NCBI GenBank assembly: GCA_964476595.1
Contig: CAYZCL010000154.1
Location: forward strand, 903-64,902
Direction of reading: 5' to 3'
From: an uncultured Desulfobacteraceae bacterium
GTDB taxonomy: Bacteria > Desulfobacterota > Desulfobacteria > Desulfobacterales > JALSRD01
Length of the DNA stretch: 64,000 nucleotides
How positions within the stretch are numbered: position 1 is the first letter of the stretch; every line of letters begins with the position of its first letter. The translations under genes and the position numbers were made by a program. Shown here piece by piece: positions 23,863 to 33,518 of this stretch. The notes below the pieces were generated by a model. It was not told the origin of the DNA and did no database searches. It saw only the letters and a program-made list of their open reading frames with translations.

Positions 23863-24732
23863 ATGTCCAGAGTTGTCAAATGCGCGCACATACAGGCAGC
23901 CAACGCACGTTCTGACGGATCGCCGGAAGAGATCAAGACGGCCATGATCGAAAAGCACATCCCGCTGATCGAAGAAGCCGGGAAACAGGGGGTCAACATC
24001 CTCTGCCTGCAAGAGATTTTTCATGGCCCCTATTTTTGCTGCGAGCAGGACATCAAGTGGTATGCCACGGCCGAGGAAGTGCCCGGCCCCATCACTGCCC
24101 GCATGGCCGAGTACGCCCGCAAGTACAAAATGGTTATGATCGTGCCCGTTTACGAGATGGCGATGGAGGGCGTCTACTATAATACGGCCGCCGTCATCGA
24201 CGCCGACGGCAGCTACCTGGGCAAGTTCCGCAAGATCCATATTCCCCACACCTGGCCTGGATTCTGGGAAAAATTTTACTTCAAGCCCGGCAATCTGGGT
24301 TTTCCGGTGTTCGAGACGGCTTATGCCAGAATCGGCGTCTTTATCTGTTACGATCGCCATTTCCCGGAATGCGCCCGTATCCTGGCCCTCAACGGAGCCG
24401 AAATTCTTTTCAATCCTTCGGCCACTACGGCCGGCAAGTCCCAGTACCTGTGGGAACTGGAGCAACCCGCCCAGGCCGTGGCAAACGGCGTATTCATCGG
24501 GGCCAACAATCGCGTGGGGCTGGAAAAGCCTTGGGAATTCGGCCGTTTCTATGGCTCCAGCTATTTCGTCGATCCGCGTGGCGAAATGCTGGCCAAGGGT
24601 TCGGAGGACGCCGACGAGGTGGTGGTTGCCGACCTGGATCTGGACCTGATCCGCGAGGTGCGTGACGGTTGGCAGTTTTTCCGTGACCGGCGTCCCGAGA
24701 TGTACGATGAAATTTGCGACTACCTTCCCTGA
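23863..24732 (+). CDS. Nitrilase-superfamily carbamoylase (beta-ureidopropionase / N-carbamoyl-D-amino-acid hydrolase type)
   Basis: Start is ATG 23863 (RBS GGGGAGGGG). CN-hydrolase Glu, Lys and Cys contexts: LCLQEIF, FRKIHIP and GVFICYDRHFPE. It strongly resembles eukaryote-type beta-alanine synthase. Confidence 0.8.
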   Translation: MSRVVKCAHIQAANARSDGSPEEIKTAMIEKHIPLIEEAGKQGVNILCLQEIFHGPYFCCEQDIKWYATAEEVPGPITARMAEYARKYKMVMIVPVYEMAMEGVYYNTAAVIDADGSYLGKFRKIHIPHTWPGFWEKFYFKPGNLGFPVFETAYARIGVFICYDRHFPECARILALNGAEILFNPSATTAGKSQYLWELEQPAQAVANGVFIGANNRVGLEKPWEFGRFYGSSYFVDPRGEMLAKGSEDADEVVVADLDLDLIREVRDGWQFFRDRRPEMYDEICDYLP

Positions 24733-24833
24733 TACGAAGGGGGGAATGCGATTGTGACGGTGGTGCCGATGCGGACTTTGCGTCCCCACGGCCCTGTATT
24801 CATAAGGAACCAAACCAGGGAGGAAATGAAAGC

Positions 24834-26387
24834 ATGAGCGAAAAAGAGAAGAAGCACTGGATCGTTTACCCGATCGGCAGCAAGCCCAGGTGGCCGCTGG
24901 CCATACTGCTGGGAATCCAGCAGTACCTGACCATGTTTGGCGCCACGGTGTTGATTCCTTTCATCGTGGGAGGCGCGATGAAACTGCCCCCCCATCAGTT
25001 GGCCTTGTTGATTTCCACCATTTTTTTCACCTCGGGCATCTGTACCCTGATCCAGCAGTCACCGCTGGGCAACCGGTTGCCGGTGATCCAGGGCGGGACT
25101 TTTTCCTTCCTGGGACCCACGTTTGCCATCATCGGCATGGTGGCCGCCAAAAAGATCAGCGGTGACATACCCTTGTGGCAGGTCCAGATTCAGGAAATTT
25201 CAGGCGCCATCATGATCGCCTCGGTGGTCGAGATCTTCCTGGGCTACACCGGCATCATGGGGCAGGTGCGCAAGATCATCAGTCCTATCGTCATCGGGCC
25301 CACCATCGCCATGATCGGCCTGGCGCTGTTCGGCATCGGTGCGCCCTGGATGGCCGGAAATTGGATCATCTCACTGATTACACTGGGCGCCCTGGTTGTC
25401 TATTCCCAGGTGTTTTCCCTCAAATCCAAAGTGTTCCTGCTGTTCCCGGTTTTGCTGGCCATCATCACGGGTTGGCTGGCCTCTCTGATTGGTACCATGA
25501 CAGGTCTGATCCCCCCGGGCAACCCGGCCTACCTGAAACCCGGGTTGGTCGCGGCCGCCGACTGGATCAGCTTCAAACCCATGGTCCCTTTCAAGTGGGG
25601 AGTGCCGGACTTTTCCAGCAGCACGCTTTGGGCCGGTGCCTTCGGTATGCTGGCCGGCTATCTGGCTTCCATGATCGAGTCCATCGGTGACTACTATGCC
25701 TGTGCGCGTATCTCCGAGGCGCCGGTGCCTACCGGTAAGATGATTTCCCGGGGGCTGGGCGCCGAGGGGTTGGGTTGTTTCGTGGCAGGCATCATGCAGA
25801 CGTGCAACGGCACCACCACTTATTCGGAGAACATTGGCTCCATCGGCCTGACCCGCGTCGCCAGCCGCCGGGTGATCCGTGCCGGTGCGGCCGTTATGTT
25901 GGTTATTCCCATCGTGGGCAAGTTCGGAGCCGTGCTGGCGACCCTGCCACAGCCCGTCGTGGGGGCCATGTTCGTGGGGCTTTTTGGCATGATCGCCGCC
26001 GTCGGCCTGTCCAATCTGCAGATGGTCAACATGAACAACTCGCGCAACCTTTTCATTATCGGCCTGTCCTTTTTCTGCGGCCTGAGCGCACCTTTCTGGT
26101 TTACCCCCCATTACGACGTGGCCACCGGCAAGATCGTCAGCGGGGCCATCGCCTGGGGCGCTTCCGGCGAACTCGTCAATGTGCTGGGCAATATTCTGCA
26201 GGCCGTGTTGAGCACCGGTATGGCCGTGACCGCTATCGTGGGCATCTTTCTCGACAACGTGTTGCCCGGTGCCACGCGCGCCGAACGGGGGCTGGAAGTG
26301 TGGGAGAAGGAAGCCTCCGACGAGGCCTGGGAAGAAGCCGAGGCCGAATGGGCCAAGATCGGCGAAGGGGAGATGCGGGCCGTTTAG
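24834..26387 (+). CDS. NCS2-family nucleobase (uracil/xanthine-type) permease
   Basis: Start is ATG 24834 (RBS GGAGGAAA). Polytopic membrane protein. NCS2-like motifs QGGTFSF and YSENIGSIGLTRVASRR. Confidence 0.85.
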   Translation: MSEKEKKHWIVYPIGSKPRWPLAILLGIQQYLTMFGATVLIPFIVGGAMKLPPHQLALLISTIFFTSGICTLIQQSPLGNRLPVIQGGTFSFLGPTFAIIGMVAAKKISGDIPLWQVQIQEISGAIMIASVVEIFLGYTGIMGQVRKIISPIVIGPTIAMIGLALFGIGAPWMAGNWIISLITLGALVVYSQVFSLKSKVFLLFPVLLAIITGWLASLIGTMTGLIPPGNPAYLKPGLVAAADWISFKPMVPFKWGVPDFSSSTLWAGAFGMLAGYLASMIESIGDYYACARISEAPVPTGKMISRGLGAEGLGCFVAGIMQTCNGTTTYSENIGSIGLTRVASRRVIRAGAAVMLVIPIVGKFGAVLATLPQPVVGAMFVGLFGMIAAVGLSNLQMVNMNNSRNLFIIGLSFFCGLSAPFWFTPHYDVATGKIVSGAIAWGASGELVNVLGNILQAVLSTGMAVTAIVGIFLDNVLPGATRAERGLEVWEKEASDEAWEEAEAEWAKIGEGEMRAV

Positions 26388-26682
26388 AGGACCTGAGCTT
26401 CAAATGCGTTGACGCAGTGAATAACCGTCAATACACCCGTCCGGCGTGGCGTCACCTTGGCCTGCAGGCAAATCGGCCAGAGGCGTTGCACAATGCCGCC
26501 GGGCGGGATGGATTGACGGCGGATGCCACCGTATGGGTGAATCGGTTCGCCGAGGTTTGTGAGCGATGATCTGCGGCCCGCTGCATGGCGGATTTCGCGG
26601 ATGGCCGACAGGCCTCGGACAACCGATGATCCGCAGCCCTTTCGGCCCGAGAGTGTTCGCAGTGAATCGATGAAAAGGGGAG

Positions 26683-27072
26683 TTGCCTGCCGTGTCCAAA
26701 CTGCCCGGCATAGTGTTGTATACGGCTATTGCGGCCACCGGCCTGGTGGCCATGTACTCGCTGCTCAATGCCGGGCGGCCGGACAGCCTGCTGCGGCTGG
26801 TGATCGTCGACCCCGGAAATGACGTATACGTCGCAGCGTCGTCGTCGTTTATTGTCTTCGTGCTGGGTTTTTTCGTATTTTTTTCCCGCGATCGCGAGGG
26901 ATTCCGGCGGATCCTGGAGATGAATGCCCAGCGTATACGACAGTTGCGCCGGCAGGGCCAGAGCGACGAACAGATCGCCGCCTCCATTCTGGCCGCCATG
27001 GGCAGCACCGGCGGACGCCGACACAAAATGGCCCTGCGCAAGCTGGTCGCTTATCTGAAGGAGTTTGAATAG
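26683..27072 (+). CDS. Small membrane protein, hypothetical
   Basis: 129 aa with two predicted TM helices (GIVLYTAIAATGLVAMYSLL and SSSFIVFVLGFFVFF) and a basic C-terminal tail. No family recognised. Confidence 0.5.
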   Translation: MPAVSKLPGIVLYTAIAATGLVAMYSLLNAGRPDSLLRLVIVDPGNDVYVAASSSFIVFVLGFFVFFSRDREGFRRILEMNAQRIRQLRRQGQSDEQIAASILAAMGSTGGRRHKMALRKLVAYLKEFE

Positions 27073-27536
27073 TGCCGGGCAGTTTCGGCCAGGAGCAGTG
27101 GCTGCTGATTGCCCTGGCCTTTTTCGGCATCATTGGTTATATCGCCTGGATCCGCTGGCGGGATCGCCGCTGGATCGACCGGCGTTTCGGCCATGAAAAG
27201 GTATTGGCCGTCAGTTTTGGCGTTAATTATTTCGGCCGGGCAACCGAACCCGGCCCGCCACGGCGCAGCAGCGGTTTCCTGCTGCTGTTGCCCGACCGTC
27301 TGGTTTACCGCAGCCGCACGGCCCGCCTGGAGGTGGAAATCCCCGGTGCCGGTATTGCCCGCGTCTACCCCGGTTCGTCCCACAAGGGTGTCGACCTGCA
27401 CCAGTCTGTCCTTAAAATCGACTACATCAACACCGACAATCAGCGGGATTGTGTTGCCTTCCGCCTACCCTATCCTCCCCAGTGGGCCCGCGCCATTGAG
27501 ACCTCCCTCATGAATAAGAAGCCGCCGGCAACATGA
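27072..27536 (+). CDS. Membrane-anchored hypothetical protein with a possible bacterial PH/GRAM-like domain
   Basis: The GTG start overlaps the upstream TAG (TAGTG). One N-terminal TM helix (WLLIALAFFGIIGYIAWI). The soluble part (GFLLLLPDRLVYRS...LKIDYIN...VAFRLP) is reminiscent of bPH-type domains. This is a weak by-eye call. Confidence 0.45.
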   Translation: MPGSFGQEQWLLIALAFFGIIGYIAWIRWRDRRWIDRRFGHEKVLAVSFGVNYFGRATEPGPPRRSSGFLLLLPDRLVYRSRTARLEVEIPGAGIARVYPGSSHKGVDLHQSVLKIDYINTDNQRDCVAFRLPYPPQWARAIETSLMNKKPPAT

Positions 27537-27850
27537 TCTCCACCGGTGGATCCCTACTTTGCTTTCCGCTCTGGGGGATAATAGTGATCTTGCGGTACCT
27601 TTTTAGGATCCGTTGACCCGCCTCAATCAACAGCTGAAAATCGAAATTGCGGAGCGTGTGTTTGCGCAGGAACGCGGGAGGCATCTCATGAGGCCGGGAA
27701 ACCGGTATCCGCCGCGCAGGCTGGGGTTGGAAAAGCCATTTTCGAAATTGGTTTGCCAAATGGCACGTGATGACCCGCCGTACTGCGTCCATAAAGTGGC
27801 GGTGCAATCCGATCGGCTGTACTTGAAAAACGCCCAGCGGGTATTTGGCT

Positions 27851-30511
27851 TCATGACAGTATTTTTGCGAGAATTTTTCCAAGCTCATCGATTTTAAACG
27901 GTTTCATCAGCAACTTCCGGATGCCGATATCACGTGCCACCTCCTCGTTGATCCGTTCGCTGTATCCGGTACATAAGACGATGGGGATATCCGGTCGAAC
28001 ACGGAGAATCTCTCTGGACAAAACGTCTCCCGTCATCCCCGGCATGGTCATGTCGGTGATGACGGCGTCATACCGTTGCGGCGCCGCCAGAAAAAGATTC
28101 AGCGCCAACGTTCCATTCGTGCTGGTATCGACTTCGTAGCCAAGATTCTCAAGGATTTCCTTTCCCACTTCCACCAGAGCCTGCTCGTCGTCAGCCAGCA
28201 GGATTCGGCCTGATTTGGCCACAGGGGTTTCGGGGATAGAGGTTTCCTGGTCTGGGGGCGCATCTCCGACATGCGGCAGGAAAACGTGAATGCGGGTCCC
28301 CTCACCGACACGGCTTTCGATGGATAGCCAACCGCCGTGGTTTTGGACAATCCCATGCACCGTCGATAGCCCGAGACCGGTACCCTCGCCCTTTTTCTTG
28401 GTCGTAAAATAGGGTTCAAAAATTCGCTCTATGTTTTCAGGAGAGATGCCGCACCCCGTGTCCGCCACGGTCAAATGCACATATGCACCCCTCTTGTAAT
28501 CAAGAGGTTTTCCCGCTTCACTTCCATTAACGGTGGCCGTTTTGAGGGTCACTGACAATGCACCGCCTTCCTGCTGCATGGCGTGATAGGCATTTGTACA
28601 CAGATTCATGACGACCTGGTGAATTTGTGTGGGATCTCCCCGGACTTTGCATTCGGGATCGATTTTGTGGCTGAGATAGATATTGCTGGGAATGGTCGAT
28701 CGAATCAGTTTCAATGCCTCTTTCACAATAAGGCCGACATCGATGACCCGTTTTTCCGGATCTGTGTGACGACTGAATGTCAATATTTGGTTAACCAGCG
28801 CCTTTGCCCGTTCACTTGCCTCCAAAACCCGTTGTAATTTGGATTTCAATTCTTCATTTTTGCCCAACAATTGGTACGTGATCTCGGTGTACCCCATGAT
28901 GGCGGAAAGAATATTGTTGAAGTCATGGGCAATGCCCCCGGCCAAGGTGCCGATGGCCTCCATTTTCTGGGCCTGGAGCAATCTTGACTGCAAAATTTCC
29001 TGTTCCTTATACGCTTTACGGCTTTCGGTGATATCTCTGACAATTTGCACCATTCCCGACATCCGTTGGTCGACAATAGGCAGGGGCAGGGACTTGATTT
29101 CCAGGTATCGCCCGCTTCGTTCATGGTAGATTTCCTCGGCGGTACCATTGTCGGGCCCTGAATCTTCAGGAGGTTGCGCGACGTCCTTCCCTGAAGAGGT
29201 ACAGCGGGTGAGATCTCTGCAGCGTTTCTCCAAAAAGCCCTTCAGCCATGGTTCCAAAGAGGATTTCAAAGCCCTGTTCGAAAGGACGATTTGACAGTTG
29301 GAATCATGGATGGCGATGCCTTCATCAATCGTATCAAAGGCTATTTCCCATTCCCTTTTAACAACGGTGATCCGCTTGTTGATGGTTTCAAGGCGAAATA
29401 CATGTGACAGAAAAAACGCGATACAGATGGACAGGAGCAGCGCAGTGGGTTCAAACCATAAGTTGGCACCGGCAAACAGGGCAAAAGAGACCAACAAACT
29501 GGCAGTGATGGCAAAAGACCAGACAAGGGCAGCCTTTCGGATGCCGACATCGGCGAACACAACAAATACAATGAGGCCCATGATCAGTATGTTGGCCCGC
29601 TGGATCCAGTCGGACAGCCGGCGAATCCCGCTATGGTCCAGCAGGTTGTTGACAATCGTGGCCTGCACCTCGACACCGGCGGTTTTGTCCCGGGTGGTCG
29701 AAAATGGCGTTAACAGACCTTCTCCGAGGCCTTTTGCCGTCAGGCCTACCAGCACGATTTTATTCTTGAAGAAAGACGTGGGATAATGGCCGTTGATGAC
29801 GTCGGCCATGGAAACAGGGGCGATGCTTCGACTGGGGCCGTAAAAGTTGATAGCGGCATAATCCCTCTGGAGTATTTCATTTCGGGTCTCGACCGGTGAC
29901 TGGCGGGTGCGCAGCCGGGGTTGGCGCGGAAGTGCCTGTCCGCTCACAAGTTCGTAAATTACCGAGGCGAAAGACGGTACCTCCCTGTCGCTCCGGTATA
30001 GGGTGTGAAAAACGCCCCGAACGATACCGTCGATACCCTGATCAACATGAACATGACCGACTCTCGTTCGTGAAAAAAGCGGCCGTGGAGCGGAAACTTT
30101 GCCATGGTTTCCTATATACATGGCCAGCACGATGTGATCCGATCGGCCCAGGGCTTTGGCAAAAACGGAGTCGCTTTTCGACGACTCGCTAAAAAGAAGA
30201 TCGAAACCGATGACATCTGCCAAACGCAACCGACTGACAAGGTCGGCATAATAAGACCTGTCAAGGGGCCACCGGCCCAATTGGGATAAAGTGCCTTCGT
30301 CAATGGCGACAATCACCATTCGTGAATCCGGGACCCTCTTGCCTCTGATTCTGAAAAATAGATCATAAAAATAATTGTCACTTCCGACAAAGGCTCCCAA
30401 GTACTCCATCAACAATAGGATGAGCACAGCCAACAACATCACCAGAATGTAACGAATATTCAGGTTGTTGAATTCAGACAATCCCAGTATATCTTGAATT
30501 TTCGTGGACAT
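27851..30511 (-). CDS. CHASE2-domain hybrid sensor histidine kinase (CHASE2, TMs, PAS, HisKA, HATPase, receiver)
   Basis: 886 aa. CHASE2 hallmarks: VIVAIDEGTLSQLGRWPLDRSYYADLVSRL...IGFDLLFSE. H-box AGGIAHDFNNIL. ATPase box GTGLGLS. C-terminal receiver: RILLADDEQ...VITDMTMPGMTG. The gene is visibly richer in A+T than its surroundings. Confidence 0.9.
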   Translation of the reverse strand: MSTKIQDILGLSEFNNLNIRYILVMLLAVLILLLMEYLGAFVGSDNYFYDLFFRIRGKRVPDSRMVIVAIDEGTLSQLGRWPLDRSYYADLVSRLRLADVIGFDLLFSESSKSDSVFAKALGRSDHIVLAMYIGNHGKVSAPRPLFSRTRVGHVHVDQGIDGIVRGVFHTLYRSDREVPSFASVIYELVSGQALPRQPRLRTRQSPVETRNEILQRDYAAINFYGPSRSIAPVSMADVINGHYPTSFFKNKIVLVGLTAKGLGEGLLTPFSTTRDKTAGVEVQATIVNNLLDHSGIRRLSDWIQRANILIMGLIVFVVFADVGIRKAALVWSFAITASLLVSFALFAGANLWFEPTALLLSICIAFFLSHVFRLETINKRITVVKREWEIAFDTIDEGIAIHDSNCQIVLSNRALKSSLEPWLKGFLEKRCRDLTRCTSSGKDVAQPPEDSGPDNGTAEEIYHERSGRYLEIKSLPLPIVDQRMSGMVQIVRDITESRKAYKEQEILQSRLLQAQKMEAIGTLAGGIAHDFNNILSAIMGYTEITYQLLGKNEELKSKLQRVLEASERAKALVNQILTFSRHTDPEKRVIDVGLIVKEALKLIRSTIPSNIYLSHKIDPECKVRGDPTQIHQVVMNLCTNAYHAMQQEGGALSVTLKTATVNGSEAGKPLDYKRGAYVHLTVADTGCGISPENIERIFEPYFTTKKKGEGTGLGLSTVHGIVQNHGGWLSIESRVGEGTRIHVFLPHVGDAPPDQETSIPETPVAKSGRILLADDEQALVEVGKEILENLGYEVDTSTNGTLALNLFLAAPQRYDAVITDMTMPGMTGDVLSREILRVRPDIPIVLCTGYSERINEEVARDIGIRKLLMKPFKIDELGKILAKILS

Positions 30512-30521
30512 ACTCGTCTGC

Positions 30522-32177
30522 CTACAAGCCGGGAGTTAACAAAAAAAGGATCACTGCGGCCGGGATCCATTTGGCGTATGGATTTTTGATTTCAAAACAC
30601 TGGGGTTTTGAAAATTTTCCCTGCACACCATGGGAGTCGATACTGCTGATTCGGACGTAATATGTACCGGCCTTTTGGGGTCTTGGAAAAGAAAGTTGCG
30701 GCATTTTGGTTTTTTCATCGATGATGATCGATTGAAATGCCGCGTCCCTTGCGACCTGGACCCGATAGTGGAAGTTTGGGCCGACATCCCGCCACTGCCA
30801 TTCGATCCGGTCTTTGTGGACTGCGGGTTTGCCCATTTGGGGGGATGCAGGCAACGGAGCCATTTCAAAGGATATCGAATTGCTCCATTTTCCCCGGAAG
30901 CGGTCTTCCGCTATGGATCTGATCCTGAAATAATAGACGGACGGCGGCAATTTTTCCAGACGGTAGACATGCGGCCGGAAATTATCAATGTCGGCAGCGA
31001 GATTGTGGAATTCGGGGTCCCGGGAAACTTGCAGATGGTAACTGCGAGCATCGAGAACACGCATCCAGCGCAGTGAAATGCTCTGTCCATAGATACGGGC
31101 GCCATTGCGGGGAAACCGGACAAAAGGGGCCATGGGGTTGACTCGCAGCGAAAACCGCAGGGGGAGAGATGCGGGGCCCTCGAGTCCGAACTTGTCGATG
31201 GATCGGCTGCGCAGAAAATATGTACCGTCTTCCAGGTCCCTGAGCAAAAGCCCCTCGCCGGGCACAATGGTCTTATTGAACACGAGTTTTCTGAAATCTT
31301 TCTGCCTCGCCAGTTCAACCCTGTACTGTTCGGCACCGTCGACCGGCGCAAATTCGATTCGGATGGGAAGAGAACGGTACAACGTTTCGCGGGCCTTTCC
31401 GGAAGGGGGAGGCAGCAGCTCGACCGGAGAAAGCGGCGCCTGCCCCTTTGCCACCAGCGTCCCCTGCATGCGCCGGAGTTTGACTCTTTTCCCCCGGGCG
31501 ATGACGTCTACCCGGCCTCCCAAGACCTCGCAACGCATGTTTTCCGAAACATCCACGTCGGTACGAAAATGGGTTCCCCGGGCAGCGGCAATGGCCGAGG
31601 GCGTTTTGATCTTGTATCGCGTTTTCTGGCCGGTCTTGTCGCGGAAACGCAAGATGGCTTTGCCGGCCTCCAGGAAGAATTCAAGTATTTGCTGGATTTT
31701 GCTTAGCTTGCGGGATTCTTTGAGGCAAAATTGGGTGTTCTGGCGCAACAAAACCGAGCGTCCATCCCCGAAGCGAATTTCGACCGAAGCCCTGTCTCCT
31801 GTTCGAATCGTGTCTCCCGGATAAACCAGCAGGTTCACCCCGACCGGTGCCCACTGTTTGCTGGACCGTTCGCGGTGGGTGACGTCACCGGCAATGAAAG
31901 TCACCTTACCCGGAATCGTCGTTCCCTGCAGCAATTCAATCGGAATTTTGAGCTTTTGCCCTGGGAAGATACGGGCCGGTTTTTTCAGTCCGTTGATCGC
32001 TGCAACCTTTGGCCAGTCCTTAGAATTTTTCAGATAAATGTTACAGATATCGTAGAGGTTCTCTCCCGCCTTCACCGTGATTTCAATGGTCGGGTGCTCA
32101 CCGGCGACGGCGTTGGCGAAAAAGGAAAAGATGCATAGCGATAGAAAACAGGAAAAAAAGATTACGGCTGACTTCAT
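30522..32177 (-). CDS. Secreted LysM plus FecR-domain protein with C-terminal Ig/FN3-like repeats and a hydrophobic tail
   Basis: 551 aa. Signal peptide MKSAVIFFSCFLSLCIFSFFANA. LysM region ITVKAGENLYDICNIY...PGQKLKIP. FecR-like region GKVTFIAGDVTHRE...GDTIRTGDRASVEIRFGDGRSVLLRQNTQF. The stop lies 10 nt upstream of the CHASE2 kinase start. Confidence 0.85.
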   Translation of the reverse strand: MKSAVIFFSCFLSLCIFSFFANAVAGEHPTIEITVKAGENLYDICNIYLKNSKDWPKVAAINGLKKPARIFPGQKLKIPIELLQGTTIPGKVTFIAGDVTHRERSSKQWAPVGVNLLVYPGDTIRTGDRASVEIRFGDGRSVLLRQNTQFCLKESRKLSKIQQILEFFLEAGKAILRFRDKTGQKTRYKIKTPSAIAAARGTHFRTDVDVSENMRCEVLGGRVDVIARGKRVKLRRMQGTLVAKGQAPLSPVELLPPPSGKARETLYRSLPIRIEFAPVDGAEQYRVELARQKDFRKLVFNKTIVPGEGLLLRDLEDGTYFLRSRSIDKFGLEGPASLPLRFSLRVNPMAPFVRFPRNGARIYGQSISLRWMRVLDARSYHLQVSRDPEFHNLAADIDNFRPHVYRLEKLPPSVYYFRIRSIAEDRFRGKWSNSISFEMAPLPASPQMGKPAVHKDRIEWQWRDVGPNFHYRVQVARDAAFQSIIIDEKTKMPQLSFPRPQKAGTYYVRISSIDSHGVQGKFSKPQCFEIKNPYAKWIPAAVILFLLTPGL

Positions 32178-33176
32178 TGTGACCCCCTGATCGCCTGGTC
32201 GGCGGACAATGAACCCCGTTGTGCAATCCTCAGCCCTGGAGCAAGGGATTTACAAGTGTTCCACATGGTAACACCCAGCATGGCCCCGGCCCCGCCATAC
32301 GCGCATGCCAAGCCTATGGAGCGGTAGTCAACATCTCCCGACCATCAAAGAGGCTCCTCTGATAGGAAACGAGCGTCTTTGGGCTCCCGGATCAAAGTGT
32401 TTTCCCGTGAGAGGGTCACGAGATGGCTGCCCGTGCCATGATAGGAAGGCATGCCGATTCGCCAGAACTGGGATTGAAAGACTCCCCAAAAAAGATTTCT
32501 CAATTATATATTTAATTTAAGAAAACAGCACGCCATCCGGCGCTGACGTGCCCTGACATGTACGAAGAGGTTTTCCGGACGGGCATCGGTGTGGAATTTT
32601 CAGAGAAAGATTCAGGGTAAGCCCATTTACGATCCGGTTTCCGCCAAAGCCAAAATCATCCATATTCACCATCGCCCCAATGACACCCCGAAACCAATCA
32701 TTTTCAGACCCGGTTTTCAAGTAAAGACTTCGCGGCTTGAATCACTTCAGTCCGTCGCGGGAATACCCCTGGTCTGGTAGCCGCGCTTCCTGTGATTGCA
32801 TCCATGGGCACGGCAGAACGGCTTCGATCTGACAGCGTCATTCTGGGGTCAACATGTCAAATAGTCGTTTGAGTGTCAAGGGTTATGTAAATACAATATG
32901 TTGGAGCAGATTTCGTCTCCGGCCAACATGGGCGGGAGCACTTTTCCCGGTGAATGTTTTGAATGCCTTTCGAGGTGATTTTTGCACATCGCTTCACGAT
33001 TTTTCAGGAAACCCGTATATCGCCGGAGCAGACTTTTGGGAGGGTGGTATTGTTTAATGCATTGAATTAAAATGTAATTAGGCTCTCTCCTTTTGGAAAT
33101 GCACAATTGATTTATATTGAAATTGGAGAAAAATACCCTTGTATAAAGAAAACCCAGCACCGGCGAGATTTCTTTT

Positions 33177-33518
33177 TCAGCGGTACTGGGTGTTGGGGTC
33201 TTCCAGGATGCCGGGCAACCGGCATGGCCACCGCGAAAACTGGGAAATCCTACAAACAGCTGGGTCCTCAAACTGAGTGAAAGTCTTCTGGATTCCGGCC
33301 TCGTAGATCCTGTCCAGCATCCGGGCCCGGTTGTCGTCGCACAAACGCGCCGGATCGACGCTCGTGCCCAGCGGCAGGTCCGTGTCGTTTTCGGCAAATG
33401 CATCTTTGGTACAACGGCGTACGCCCCGAGAACGTGTCGAGCACCATGGCCATGACCGCCAGCCCCGCAGAGAGCCGCACCCGGCTGTCGACCATGGCAT
33501 CCACCGAAGCCGTTCCAC
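33177..33518 (-). pseudogene. Remnant of an IS1634-family (DUF4277-type N-terminus) transposase gene, frameshifted and truncated
   Basis: Two overlapping minus-strand frames together read ...VSAGLAVMAMVLDTFSGRTPLY / ...DAFAENDTDLPLGTSVDPARLCDDNRARMLDRIYEAGIQKTFTQF... From memory, this matches the conserved N-terminal region of IS1634-type transposases (..AVKAMILNGLGF..RPLY ... LNDDRLGRALDxLYEAG.TxLF). No DDE domain follows. Confidence 0.55.

Noticed and set aside
27613-27680. Plus-strand LNQQLKIEIAERVFAQE, resembling a histidine-kinase coiled-coil linker
   Set aside because: It is an isolated ~20-residue match with no adjoining PAS, HisKA or ATPase sequence. I mention it only as a possible remnant at the island border and do not annotate it.
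32517-32740. Minus-strand frame reading SLYLKTGSENDWFRGVIGAMVNMDDFGFGGNRIVNGLTLNLSLKI, reminiscent of C-terminal beta-strands of an outer-membrane protein
   Set aside because: It is too short, has no identifiable family and has stops on both sides. It may be another gene fragment inside the island, but I cannot support a call.
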